Shown here piece after piece: positions 18,311 to 27,725 of a DNA stretch of 64,000 nucleotides. A program made the position numbers and the translations under genes. The notes under the pieces were generated by a model, which saw only the letters and a program-made list of their open reading frames with translations, had not been told where the DNA came from and did not search any database. The stretch lies in NCBI GenBank assembly GCA_964578155.1, contig CAZOBQ010000003.1:4390-68389 (forward strand), given 5' to 3'. Each line of letters opens with the position of its first letter. Within the stretch, counting starts at the first letter, position 1. Source of the stretch: an uncultured Lentisphaeria bacterium. Its GTDB lineage: Bacteria > Fidelibacterota > UBA8477 > JABMPR01.

Positions 18311-19906
18311 ATGAAAACATTAAAATATATCAGCGTTGTCGCCCTTGTTCTTATTGGAGTTTTTGCCCTTAGTCCCTCCGGGCAGGTCATTTTTGCCCAA
18401 GGAAGTGATTTCTACAATAAGTGGCGAGATTTTCAGGATATGGTCAAGATCATCAACACCAACTATGTCGAAGATGTTGATTGGGACAAAACCATGATCG
18501 GTGCCCAGAATGGTCTCATGGAGGCGCTTGATCCCCACTCGGTCTTCATCACTGCAGACCGAACCGAGCAGATCAATGAAAGCTTCAGAGGTAATTTTGA
18601 AGGTATCGGGATCGAATTTGACATTATTGACGACTACATTACCGTCATTACACCCATTGTTGGATCACCATCAGATGGCCTGCTCCACCCTGGCGATCAG
18701 ATCGTAAAGATTGACCAGGAATCTGCCTATAAGATCACTCGTGATGGGGTTTTTGATAAATTGCGAGGACCTAAAGGGTCTCGAGTTGACCTGGAAATTG
18801 CTCGGATTGGCGAAAGTGAGCTTATTCCAGTCACCATTTATCGTGATAAGATTCCTATTTACAGCGTACTGGCAAAATTCGTCATGGATGACAGCACCGG
18901 CTATATTCTCCTCAATAGATTTTCGTCCACGACCTCGGAAGAGGTTATTACGGCTATCTCTGAGCTTCAGGCCCAGGGCATGCAGCGTCTGATCCTGGAT
19001 CTCCGGAATAATAGCGGTGGTTATATGGATGAAGTCATTAAAATGGTCGATTACATTCTGCCAGGCGGGGAAAAAATTCTTTCCACCAAGGGTCGCCTGA
19101 AAAATGCAAATGAGGAAATGTACTCAAAGCACAAGGCAACTTTTTATCAGCAACCCATTATTGCCCTGATCAATCGTGGCTCTGCGTCAGCCAGTGAGAT
19201 TTTTGCCGGTGCAATACAGGACTTGGACCGTGGTATTGTTGCCGGTGAGACCAGTTTTGGGAAAGGCTTGGTACAAAGACAGTATCCCCTACGTGATGGG
19301 TCAGCTGTTCGTGTTACCGTGGCTCGCTACTACACACCAAGTGGTCGCTTAATTCAACGTGAGTATGAAAATGGGGAAGCCCAGGACTATTATACCGATC
19401 TCATGGATAGGGACAATGGCGAGGACACAACAAGCATTGAGGATAGACCTGAATTTAAAACGAAGATGGGTAGAACTGTCTATGGTGGCGGCGGTATTGC
19501 ACCCGATGTGTATCTTCAGGATCCCGCGGTCATGACCAGAGACCTGGCAAAAGTCAGAAGGCATGATGTCCGCTTCTTCTTCAAAATAGCCTCTGACTAT
19601 GCTGCGGAACATCCGGAATTAGCAGATGATTGGCTAGACTTTAGACACAATTTTAGGGTCAGCGATGAGTTGCTGGCTGAAACTTACACGAAAATATTTG
19701 CTCTTGAAGAATTGGAATTGAACGAAGATAAGATTCGTGAAGACGAAGAAACAATTCGATATTATATTAAGAGTGAGTTGGCTGGTAAGCTGTGGGGACG
19801 CAATGAGCAATATCATATCCGCGTTAACATGGATAATCAGGTTCAGGAAGCGCGTGAACATTTTGAAGAAGCGCGTGAAATAGCAGCAGCAGCAGATTAT
19901 TTTTAA
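18311..19906 (+). CDS. ctpA: C-terminal processing peptidase (S41, Ctp/Prc family) with PDZ domain
   Basis: PDZ region (IVGSPSDGLLHPGDQIVKID). S41 motifs (LDLRNNSGGY, SASASEIFAGAIQDLDRGIVAGETSFGKG). Start chosen at MKTLKYISVVALV, the signal peptide. Confidence 0.85.
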   Translation: MKTLKYISVVALVLIGVFALSPSGQVIFAQGSDFYNKWRDFQDMVKIINTNYVEDVDWDKTMIGAQNGLMEALDPHSVFITADRTEQINESFRGNFEGIGIEFDIIDDYITVITPIVGSPSDGLLHPGDQIVKIDQESAYKITRDGVFDKLRGPKGSRVDLEIARIGESELIPVTIYRDKIPIYSVLAKFVMDDSTGYILLNRFSSTTSEEVITAISELQAQGMQRLILDLRNNSGGYMDEVIKMVDYILPGGEKILSTKGRLKNANEEMYSKHKATFYQQPIIALINRGSASASEIFAGAIQDLDRGIVAGETSFGKGLVQRQYPLRDGSAVRVTVARYYTPSGRLIQREYENGEAQDYYTDLMDRDNGEDTTSIEDRPEFKTKMGRTVYGGGGIAPDVYLQDPAVMTRDLAKVRRHDVRFFFKIASDYAAEHPELADDWLDFRHNFRVSDELLAETYTKIFALEELELNEDKIREDEETIRYYIKSELAGKLWGRNEQYHIRVNMDNQVQEAREHFEEAREIAAAADYF

Positions 19907-20039
19907 AAGGACTGAGAGAGACTACAGAAACTCAAGGTCAGAACTGGAAATTTGATTGACTTTAGATACGTATCAAACTATGATTGTGCGCTTGGTTAAA
20001 TCGAGTTAAAATCTATATAGGATTAGGAGGAATTCCCCA

Positions 20040-20651
20040 ATGGTAGCATGGTTTTTTAAGGGTGGAGATTTTATGTGGCCCATTCTTTTTGTATTTATGG
20101 GTGGACTGGTATTTGTTGTAGAGCGCTTTTTTAGCCTCGTAAAGACAACAATTCAAACAAAATCTTTTTTGAAACAAGTTGATGTTACACTAAGAGAACA
20201 GGGCGTAGATGCTGCATTAGAAGTATGTCGCAACACACCTGGTTCAGTGGCTCAGATATATGTTGCAGGTTTATCTCGCGTAGATCGTGGTCCCATTGCA
20301 GTTGAGAAGGCTATTGAAAGTGCTGGATCAATCGAAATGTCATTTCTTGAGAATAATATGATCTGGTTATCTACTGCAGTATCCCTGGCTCCTATGCTTG
20401 GATTTACCGGTACGGTTTCCGGTATGGTTTCAGCATTTGATTCTATCGCTGCTGCCAATGATATTCAGCCAGCATTGGTTGCTGTTGGTATCTCACAGGC
20501 ATTGTTAACGACACTATTTGGTTTGATCGTAGCTATGATCATTCAGTTTTTCCAAAATGTTTTCACATTTATGATTGACAAATTGATCATAAAGATGGAA
20601 GAGTCATCTATCGATTTGATTGATACTCTCGAGACAATGGAGAAAAAATAA
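20040..20651 (+). CDS. exbB: MotA/TolQ/ExbB proton-channel family protein
   Basis: AGGAGG RBS. Three TM helices. Conserved PMLGFTGTVSGMV segment. Followed directly by two ExbD genes and tonB. Confidence 0.85.
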   Translation: MVAWFFKGGDFMWPILFVFMGGLVFVVERFFSLVKTTIQTKSFLKQVDVTLREQGVDAALEVCRNTPGSVAQIYVAGLSRVDRGPIAVEKAIESAGSIEMSFLENNMIWLSTAVSLAPMLGFTGTVSGMVSAFDSIAAANDIQPALVAVGISQALLTTLFGLIVAMIIQFFQNVFTFMIDKLIIKMEESSIDLIDTLETMEKK

Positions 20652-20677
20652 TTCTATAACCGGGGTTAGCTGAAACT

Positions 20678-21094
20678 ATGCTGGTAAAGAAAAAAAGAAA
20701 TAAAAGCGGTGGAGAAATCCCAACAGCATCCCTACCGGATATTGTGTTTATGCTTTTGCTCTTCTTCCTGGTTACCACGACCATTGATATGGACAAGGGA
20801 CTTGGAATGGTTCTCCCAGATAAGGGAGAGTCAGTTGAGGTGCACAAGAAGAACATTACCAATATTTTGGTAAGTGCTTCAGGAAAGGTAGCTATTGGTA
20901 GCGGTGGCGAAATTCGCATTGTTGATGTTCGCGAACTAAAACAAATCGCTAAACAACTGTTGGCTTCTAATGATAAGATGATCTTCTCCGTAAAAACAGC
21001 CTCCCAGACTACGTATAAAGTCTATGTAGATGTTATCGATCAACTTAAACAAGCCAATGCAAAACGTATCTCCATTGCTGATCCGGAGAATTAG
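20678..21094 (+). CDS. exbD: Biopolymer transport protein ExbD/TolR
   Basis: Single N-terminal TM helix (IPTASLPDIVFMLLLFFLVTT) plus periplasmic domain. Operon context. Confidence 0.85.
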   Translation: MLVKKKRNKSGGEIPTASLPDIVFMLLLFFLVTTTIDMDKGLGMVLPDKGESVEVHKKNITNILVSASGKVAIGSGGEIRIVDVRELKQIAKQLLASNDKMIFSVKTASQTTYKVYVDVIDQLKQANAKRISIADPEN

Positions 21095-21097
21095 ATC

Positions 21098-21505
21098 ATG
21101 CGACTAAAACGAAAACTGAAAACTGAAGCAGGGATTCCAACATCCTCGCTTCCTGATATCATCTTTATGTTGCTGATCTTTTTCATGGTAGTAACGGTAT
21201 TACGTGAATTTCAGGGTCTGAAGTTGATTCTCCCTGAAGCAAAAAAGATAGCAAAGCTGGAGGGAAACAAGCATGTTTCCCATATTTGGGCGACAGCTGA
21301 AGGAACCATCTCTATCGACGATGTGATCGTAGATATGGGTAAGATTCGAACCATTATGTATGATAAGGTGGTAGCGGATCCACAATTGACGGTTTCTTTG
21401 AAAGCTGACAGGCAAACTGAAATGGCGATAATTAGTGATATTCACCAGGAATTACGGGAAGCCTCAGCCTTAAAACTCAATTATTCTGCAAAACCGAGGG
21501 AGTAG
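21098..21505 (+). CDS. exbD: Biopolymer transport protein ExbD/TolR (second copy)
   Basis: IPTSSLPDIIFMLLIFFMVVT. Paralogous to the preceding gene, with 3 bp between them. Confidence 0.85.
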   Translation: MRLKRKLKTEAGIPTSSLPDIIFMLLIFFMVVTVLREFQGLKLILPEAKKIAKLEGNKHVSHIWATAEGTISIDDVIVDMGKIRTIMYDKVVADPQLTVSLKADRQTEMAIISDIHQELREASALKLNYSAKPRE

Positions 21506-21509
21506 GACT

Positions 21510-22157
21510 ATGCTAGAACAACAGTATCCTCATGTCTCGGTTAAACTGCAACATCGCAAATTCTTGGAAATTGGCGCCATGGCCGTCTTGATTGTATTCA
21601 TAGCAATACTCTATGCCAAGCCAAAATTTACTGTGGCTAAACTAGAGCAGGAAGAGTATGTCGCACCCATTGAGAATATTGAGATTCCGCCAGAGACACA
21701 ACAATTTGATAAACCACCACCACCTGCAAGACCTTCTATTCCCATTGAGTCTGAGGATGAGGAGATCGATGAAGATTTCACCATTGAAGAAACAGATTTA
21801 GAAGATTTTGACATGTTGGATGAAGCACCACCACCACCAGAAAGTAATGTGATCTTCATTGCTTATGATGAACCACCAGAGCCAATAGGTGGATATGCAG
21901 CCATTCAAAAAGCCGTCATCTATCCTGAAATCGCTAGGGAAGCTGGAATTGAAGGAACGGTTATCGTTCAGGCTACGATTGGTAAAGATGGTCGTGTGAA
22001 AGAAACGGTTATTCTTAAAGGTATTCCAAAAACTGGTCTAGATGAAGCTGCCATGGATGCTATTAAACTCATCAAGTGGAAACCAGCATATCAACGTGAT
22101 AAGGCGGTAACGGTGAGAATATCAGTTCCTGTAGTCTTCCGACTTAAGAACAACTAG
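21510..22157 (+). CDS. tonB: TonB family energy transducer
   Basis: N-terminal anchor, Pro/Glu-rich linker and TonB C-terminal domain (GGYAAIQKAVIYPEIAREAGIEGTV...VPVVFRLK). Confidence 0.85.
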   Translation: MLEQQYPHVSVKLQHRKFLEIGAMAVLIVFIAILYAKPKFTVAKLEQEEYVAPIENIEIPPETQQFDKPPPPARPSIPIESEDEEIDEDFTIEETDLEDFDMLDEAPPPPESNVIFIAYDEPPEPIGGYAAIQKAVIYPEIAREAGIEGTVIVQATIGKDGRVKETVILKGIPKTGLDEAAMDAIKLIKWKPAYQRDKAVTVRISVPVVFRLKNN

Positions 22158-22182
22158 TACTTACAGTCTTATATAGATCTAA

Positions 22183-22213
22183 AAAGGCCGGGAATATCCC
22201 GGCCTTTTTTTTG
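22183..22213 (+). terminator. Rho-independent terminator
   Basis: aaaaaggccgggaatatcccggccttttttttt. An identical copy follows the second tonB. Confidence 0.8.
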
Positions 22214-22410
22214 TGGATTAATAAAAAACCCAGAAAATATATGCCAAAGTGAATGTTCTACCAGGGTGGAACTTATGGCTTGTTATGACTATAAATTGAT
22301 GCGTATATTTAACTTAGATATAAGTTGAGTTAAACTGAAGAAGATAACTAGCAAGTACAAGGAGGCGTTCGGTCAGTCATAAATAAACAATAAAAATCTG
22401 GAGGTAAGTC

Positions 22411-23058
22411 ATGATAGCACAATATCCCTGGGCATCTGTTAAGGTACAAGAGCGCAAATATATTGAGATAGGTATTATGGTAACACTACTACTAGGTATT
22501 TGTTCGTTTTATTTTGTACCAACTTTTGGGAGTGAAGTCGTCTTAGAAGAAGTACTCGTTCCTCCACCTTTAGATGTAGTTACTATTCCAGCTACAATCC
22601 AGCCACCTGAAATCACCAAACCCACTGCGCCATCAATCCCTGTCTCTGTTGAAGATGACCCGGAGATGGATGACGAAATGCTTTGGGCAGACACATACAC
22701 TGAAGGTGCGATTGGTCTTCTCGTGCCTCCTGAACCTCCCTCTATCACAATACCTCTTTGGGCTGTGGAAACCATGCCAGCACCCATTGGAGGTTACGCA
22801 GCTATTCAAAGAGCAGCTATTTATCCGACGATTGCTAGAGAAGCTGGAATTGAAGGAACGGTGACTATTCAAGCCACCATTGGCAAGGATGGACTTGTCA
22901 AAGAAATGATTGTCTTGAAAGGGGTCCCCAATACTGGCTTGGATGAAGCAGCTATGGCAGCGATCAAAGCAACGTTGTGGACACCTGCTTATCAAAGAGA
23001 CAAGGCGGTGACCGTCCAGATATCAGTACCTGTAGTTTTCCGACTTAAGAAAATCTAA
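22411..23058 (+). CDS. tonB: TonB family energy transducer, tandem paralogue
   Basis: Own RBS (GGAGG). Near-identical C-terminal domain (GGYAAIQRAAIYPTIAREAGIEGTV...VPVVFRLK). Divergent Pro-rich linker. Confidence 0.85.
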   Translation: MIAQYPWASVKVQERKYIEIGIMVTLLLGICSFYFVPTFGSEVVLEEVLVPPPLDVVTIPATIQPPEITKPTAPSIPVSVEDDPEMDDEMLWADTYTEGAIGLLVPPEPPSITIPLWAVETMPAPIGGYAAIQRAAIYPTIAREAGIEGTVTIQATIGKDGLVKEMIVLKGVPNTGLDEAAMAAIKATLWTPAYQRDKAVTVQISVPVVFRLKKI

Positions 23059-23082
23059 TATCTACAATCTTATATAGATCTA

Positions 23083-23112
23083 AAAAGGCCGGGAATATCC
23101 CGGCCTTTTTTT
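23083..23112. terminator. Rho-independent terminator, probably bidirectional
   Basis: A duplicate of the 22183 hairpin, with A-run and T-run on either side. It sits between convergent tonB (+) and the GNAT gene (-). Confidence 0.8.
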
Positions 23113-23126
23113 CCCGCATCCAACGC

Positions 23127-23687
23127 TTAACTTGGCTTTTTACCCCACTCATAGTGAAGCAATCCATAAAAGACCGTATCAGTAATTTCCCCTTCAACGA
23201 TCCAGCGCTCTCGAAGATAGCCTTCCCGGGTAAAGCCAAGTCTTTGTATGGTTTTCTCGGAGGCTTGATTTCGTGGATCAATGTCCGCTTCAATACGATG
23301 TAGCTTGACCTCATTAAAGCCATAATCTACCAGGGCATGTAAAGCCTCATTCATATAGCCTTCACCCCAAACGGTAGACCTCAGGACGTACCCGATCTCA
23401 GCCCGTCGACATTGCTCATTGATCTCAAATAGGGAACAGGTCCCAATAAGCCCATCGTCTATATTGCGTTCAACTCCTAGAATGATAGATTCGCCTGCCT
23501 TCAAAGCTGCTTGGTCCAAAGAAATCTTCTCATAGGCTTGATCAATGGATGTCCAGGGTTTTGAACTCCAGTAACGCATGACCTTAGGGTCCGAAAAGAT
23601 TGTGTGCAAGTCCTGTGCATCTGTCATCTTCAGCGGGCGTAGCAATAAGCGTTTTGTTTTCAAAGATATTTTATCGAAAGCCGGCAT
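23127..23687 (-). CDS. GNAT family N-acetyltransferase (RimJ/RimL-like)
   Basis: GNAT acetyl-CoA-binding motif region (RRAEIGYVLRSTVWGEGYMNEALHALVDYGF). Last gene of a minus-strand operon. Confidence 0.8.
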   Translation of the reverse strand: MPAFDKISLKTKRLLLRPLKMTDAQDLHTIFSDPKVMRYWSSKPWTSIDQAYEKISLDQAALKAGESIILGVERNIDDGLIGTCSLFEINEQCRRAEIGYVLRSTVWGEGYMNEALHALVDYGFNEVKLHRIEADIDPRNQASEKTIQRLGFTREGYLRERWIVEGEITDTVFYGLLHYEWGKKPS

Positions 23688-23701
23688 TCATTCACTCCTT
23701 A

Positions 23702-24892
23702 TCAGAATCCCGGTATATCAGCTTTTTCATGATGGAGTGGGATCCCATTATCATAATCGATGCGCTGAGGTTCATCCTGCATGAGGGCGGGGAACTGATT
23801 ATAGAGACTTGTGGCAAATAAATAGTCGAGGTGCTCATTGTCATCGGGGCTCCATCCCATAACACGATTCCAGATCTCTTCTGATTCCATACAGAAGTAG
23901 ACAAAAAGATTATCCCCGCCATATTGACGCAAAGCATTATACACCGTGCGGTACATATCGAGACGTAGTGGCTTGGGGTAACGCATTTTTCCATCCATAC
24001 CGCGGATCAGTTCAGCAAACATAATCTTGGATTTTGGGAATTTCTCTAAAACTTTATCCTTCATTTCTGGAGGGAAGCGTAATGAGCCAATAGAGATCCA
24101 GGCTACATTCTTAGGGTCTACTACCTCAAAGAGCTGTCTGATCAAGTCAGGATAAGTGATCTCCCAGTCCTCATGATATAAAAGCGGGTCAAAATGGAAT
24201 CCGATCTTATAGCCAGCATCTTGAACCTGTTTCATAGCTTTGAGACGTTCTTTCAATGAGGCCGCCTTATGCTCTTCAGCATCGATGATCACCTGGGGAT
24301 TAACTGACCAGGACACGACGGTGTGTCCCTTATGATCCAAATCGAGTAAGTTTTCGACGCGATTAGATTTGGTCTTTAATTCGAGCAGGACATTATCCAG
24401 ATGAGCAAAATAGTCCACAATATCTTTTGAAAATTCTGAAGATGAATCAAAAGCCAGGCTATCAGATAATTCCCCGGTCCCGATCCGGAAAAAGCGTTTG
24501 GGCTGAGTTGCAATCTTATCCTTCACCTCGGTCAATAATTTGTCTGAGTTGGCATAGACCGTTGTCACTGGATTGTTTAAATAGAATTGGAGGATACAAT
24601 ACGTGCAGTCAATAGGACAATTGCTGGTCTGGTTAATGACATGGTAATTACAACAGCGATAGGTCCGGTCTGTCCCAGGGCACTGTTTGACGGTGTGTCC
24701 CTGTTTCTCTGTCAGCAGAATATCCCGTTTTGCCGGGGTTGCTTCCTGACGGAACATTGCTTCTTTCTTTTCCTCCGTGAGTTCAAGCTGGATAACTTCT
24801 GCAGTAGGATTGTTATTTTGATATCGCTGCACCAATTCTTGGTCAGCGACCTTCTGATCAACAATGATCCTGGTGATCTTAGGTTCTTTCAT
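23702..24892 (-). CDS. Radical SAM protein of the spore photoproduct lyase (SplB/COG1533) family; non-canonical, lacking the SPL H-donor Cys
   Basis: CxxxCxxC cluster (CPIDCTYC). Collinear similarity to B. subtilis SplB in the AGY.IGF....P....E.WE..Y region. An extra upstream Cys cluster (CPGTDRTYRCC). The SplB CTSD cysteine position reads GTGELSD. Confidence 0.8.
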   Translation of the reverse strand: MKEPKITRIIVDQKVADQELVQRYQNNNPTAEVIQLELTEEKKEAMFRQEATPAKRDILLTEKQGHTVKQCPGTDRTYRCCNYHVINQTSNCPIDCTYCILQFYLNNPVTTVYANSDKLLTEVKDKIATQPKRFFRIGTGELSDSLAFDSSSEFSKDIVDYFAHLDNVLLELKTKSNRVENLLDLDHKGHTVVSWSVNPQVIIDAEEHKAASLKERLKAMKQVQDAGYKIGFHFDPLLYHEDWEITYPDLIRQLFEVVDPKNVAWISIGSLRFPPEMKDKVLEKFPKSKIMFAELIRGMDGKMRYPKPLRLDMYRTVYNALRQYGGDNLFVYFCMESEEIWNRVMGWSPDDNEHLDYLFATSLYNQFPALMQDEPQRIDYDNGIPLHHEKADIPGF

Positions 24893-24898
24893 GAATAC

Positions 24899-25819
24899 CT
24901 ATATATGCTTGAAAAGTTTTTTGAATGATGCTTGTGAAAGACTATCCAGTACCGCTTCCAGGTCAGATTCATCCTTGGCATGAAAGCGAATATCCAATCC
25001 TTGTTGCTCAAATTGTGGGTCCCATTTTACCTTGACTGATTCTGGCAAACCTGATGATTCCAGCGTGCTTTGGAGGTCTTCTCCTGCTTGGGTCAGTAGT
25101 GGGAAACGAGCAGCATTCAATGCATTCCGGATCTGAATAACAGCTAGACGATTGTCCTCATAAACTGTATCAGCCATATCCCATAGACCCATTTCTTCAG
25201 CTTTGGTTTTGAATTCAACATCATCACGGTGGGCCATTTCCCACACATTTTGGATGATCTCAGCCGTCATATTGATGCCAATCTTAAGGTTAGTCATGAG
25301 GCGACTCACCCAGCCCAGATGATCTTCTGCGCGTTTAAAGATAAGAGCTCTTTTTAAACTGAGATCTTTGTCCACGATAAATGTTTGTAGTTCTAGAGGG
25401 AGAGCTAAAAGGAACAGAACTTGATCGATAAGTTTCTCGCGTGGTGCAATTCCCATGGCGGGAAAGACTTGTTCCGCCAACATAGGCCTAGGCACCCCCA
25501 GCTCAAGGGCTGCCTTGGTGAGCAGTGCTTTATCTATAAGCGTCATGGGATCATAATACTGGATGATTATTTGTATCAGCTCCAAAGTGCTATCAGATTC
25601 TTCAATCAGATAAACGGGGACGGTATATTTACCATGATCCTGTGCTGCAGTGAATTGATGGATATTACCAACAATCTTGATACATGATGGGGATTGATAG
25701 GCCAAAATTGGTTTTGAAAGCAGGGAGCCTGTTTCGCTCTCGCGTATAAATGGTAATGGACTAAAGGTAGAGTGTATAGTTGGGCCGACTGTAGTCAGTT
25801 CTTTTACAGTAATTTTCAT
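24899..25819 (-). CDS. Hypothetical protein, possibly with ParB/DndB-like N-terminal fold
   Basis: Tightly coupled to the SPL-family gene, 6 bp upstream. The segment CIKIVGNIHQFTAAQDHGKYTVPVYLI resembles the ParB-like core but lacks the GERR motif. Confidence 0.5.
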   Translation of the reverse strand: MKITVKELTTVGPTIHSTFSPLPFIRESETGSLLSKPILAYQSPSCIKIVGNIHQFTAAQDHGKYTVPVYLIEESDSTLELIQIIIQYYDPMTLIDKALLTKAALELGVPRPMLAEQVFPAMGIAPREKLIDQVLFLLALPLELQTFIVDKDLSLKRALIFKRAEDHLGWVSRLMTNLKIGINMTAEIIQNVWEMAHRDDVEFKTKAEEMGLWDMADTVYEDNRLAVIQIRNALNAARFPLLTQAGEDLQSTLESSGLPESVKVKWDPQFEQQGLDIRFHAKDESDLEAVLDSLSQASFKKLFKHI

Positions 25820-25992
25820 ATTACAATATGTTTTAGAAAAAATGGATTCAAATAGAAATTATCTTTTGTTTTAATTACAACGAAGTAGACGAAGGTTACG
25901 AACGAAATATTGATGTATTTATTATTCTCAATACCATCAGCTTTCGAATCAAATATTTTCGTGGCATTCGTTCAATTCGTTGTGAAAGACGA

Positions 25993-26286
25993 CTATTTGT
26001 CCTTGTTTTTACGAGCCAGGGATAAACCACCAAAGCCACTGATCACGGCCATATAGAATCCGAAATCATACCACCAACCTGTGTTATAAGGGTCGTAAAC
26101 TCGAGTAGAATCATTGAAGAAACCAACAATTAGAGAGAGAGGTGCGATCCAGCCGTGCCATACACCCTTAAAGAAACCGGCTGGTTTATGTCCCATTGCC
26201 TGAGTGGGATTTGGCATACAGGAAGTCAAGAGACCAATACTTATGATAATGACGAGAAAAATAGTTATTAGTCGATATTTATTCAT
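25993..26286 (-). CDS. Small membrane protein
   Basis: N-terminal hydrophobic segment with Cys (LLTSC). Trp/Tyr-rich. Second hydrophobic helix. Confidence 0.4.
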   Translation of the reverse strand: MNKYRLITIFLVIIISIGLLTSCMPNPTQAMGHKPAGFFKGVWHGWIAPLSLIVGFFNDSTRVYDPYNTGWWYDFGFYMAVISGFGGLSLARKNKDK

Positions 26287-26297
26287 GATTCAGCTCC

Positions 26298-26786
26298 TTA
26301 ATTAATGGTTTCAAAGAGACCCTTGTTCTTATTCTTGCGAACATTGTCGTAGGAAAAATATTGACCATTCATGGCAATATAGATACCAGACTCCAGTGTT
26401 TGCACATATGCCAGGGCGGCACCCATGTTAAATAGTCCATCAGAACTTCCAAAAACGATGGGAATCATGGCGCCGGTCAGGACAACGGTTTTACCTTGAA
26501 GATTATCTGCCAGATATCTGGCTGTTTCAACCATGGTGTCAGTCCCATGGGTTATGACAATTTTATCTGTTGAACTTTTCTGGCAATGGGTGAGGATGAT
26601 CTCCCGGTCTGCATCGGTCATTTCAAGGCTGTCGATCATCATTAGGCTCCGGATATTGACGTCCAACTGTGATCGTCCTTGAGCTAGCATTTTCTTTAAA
26701 TGGGTATCTCTGAAAAAGAGTTCTCCGTTGAGTTCATTGTATTCTTTATCGAATGTCCCACCGGTGATCAAGATTTGAATTTGCAT
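26298..26786 (-). CDS. Stand-alone asparaginase N-terminal-domain protein
   Basis: TGGTFDK (cf. TGGTIAG) and HGTDTM motifs. VVLTGAMIP. Only about 160 aa, with no C-terminal domain. Confidence 0.6.
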   Translation of the reverse strand: MQIQILITGGTFDKEYNELNGELFFRDTHLKKMLAQGRSQLDVNIRSLMMIDSLEMTDADREIILTHCQKSSTDKIVITHGTDTMVETARYLADNLQGKTVVLTGAMIPIVFGSSDGLFNMGAALAYVQTLESGIYIAMNGQYFSYDNVRKNKNKGLFETIN

Positions 26787-26925
26787 GTGTTGTCTACTCC
26801 TTTAAGTCACCGTTAAATCTGCTATTTTTGAGAAAGGTTAGCAATATCAAAACGATAAAAAAAGATGCAGAAAGTTTGCCAAAAAAATATTACACTTAAG
26901 GCTGTGTGAATAAAGGAGCCAAAGA

Positions 26926-27636
26926 ATGAATGTAGATAAACGCGTTATCAGAAAATTTGAAAAGAAAACCTGGAGTGAGGTTAAATCTAAGAATTCCTGG
27001 CAGGTATTTCGGATTATGGCAGAATTTGTTGAAGGCTTTGATGTGTTAACCGAGATGGGGCCATCAGTAACTGTTTTTGGGTCAGCCAGAACAAAAGAAG
27101 ATGATCCCTATTATAAAATAGCGTATAACCTTGGTGTCTTGCTCGCCAAGGAGGGCTTAGCCGTTATTACAGGCGGTGGCCCTGGTATTATGGAAGCGAC
27201 CAACAAAGGTGCCAAGGAGGTTGGTGGTGCATCGGCGGGGGTAGGTGTTGAATTACCCTTTGAAGCTTCCAATAACGCCTATATAGATTCGGATAAGAAT
27301 ATCACTTTCAGGTATTTCTTTGTGCGTAAACTCATGTTTCTAAAATATTCTCAAGCCTTTGTGGCGTTTCCTGGTGGACTGGGTACTCTGGATGAATTGT
27401 TCGAATCATTGACCCTGTCTCAAACTGGGAAAACCCCGAAATTTCCAATCTTACTAGTGGGGACAGATTACTGGGCTGGCCTGGTTGAATGGCTCAAAGA
27501 ACAGGCTTTAGCAAGGGGTTATGTCAACGAGGATGATTTCGAATTATTTCGCGTGGTAGATACAGCCGAGGAAGCGATGGAAGCCATCACGGGATTCTTT
27601 GCCAAGTATAGAAAAGAGATGGTTCCGAATTTTTAG
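26926..27636 (+). CDS. LOG family (TIGR00730) nucleotide 5'-monophosphate nucleosidase-like protein
   Basis: VFGSAR, ITGGGPGIMEA and PGGLGTLDEL motifs. Confidence 0.8.
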   Translation: MNVDKRVIRKFEKKTWSEVKSKNSWQVFRIMAEFVEGFDVLTEMGPSVTVFGSARTKEDDPYYKIAYNLGVLLAKEGLAVITGGGPGIMEATNKGAKEVGGASAGVGVELPFEASNNAYIDSDKNITFRYFFVRKLMFLKYSQAFVAFPGGLGTLDELFESLTLSQTGKTPKFPILLVGTDYWAGLVEWLKEQALARGYVNEDDFELFRVVDTAEEAMEAITGFFAKYRKEMVPNF

Positions 27637-27725
27637 TTAACCAGGGTAAACAGTATAGTCTTTCTGAGGAAGAGAAACGACCGAAGAATCTCAGATTATG
27701 GTCGAGTGGTTGTACTTCTTGATGA

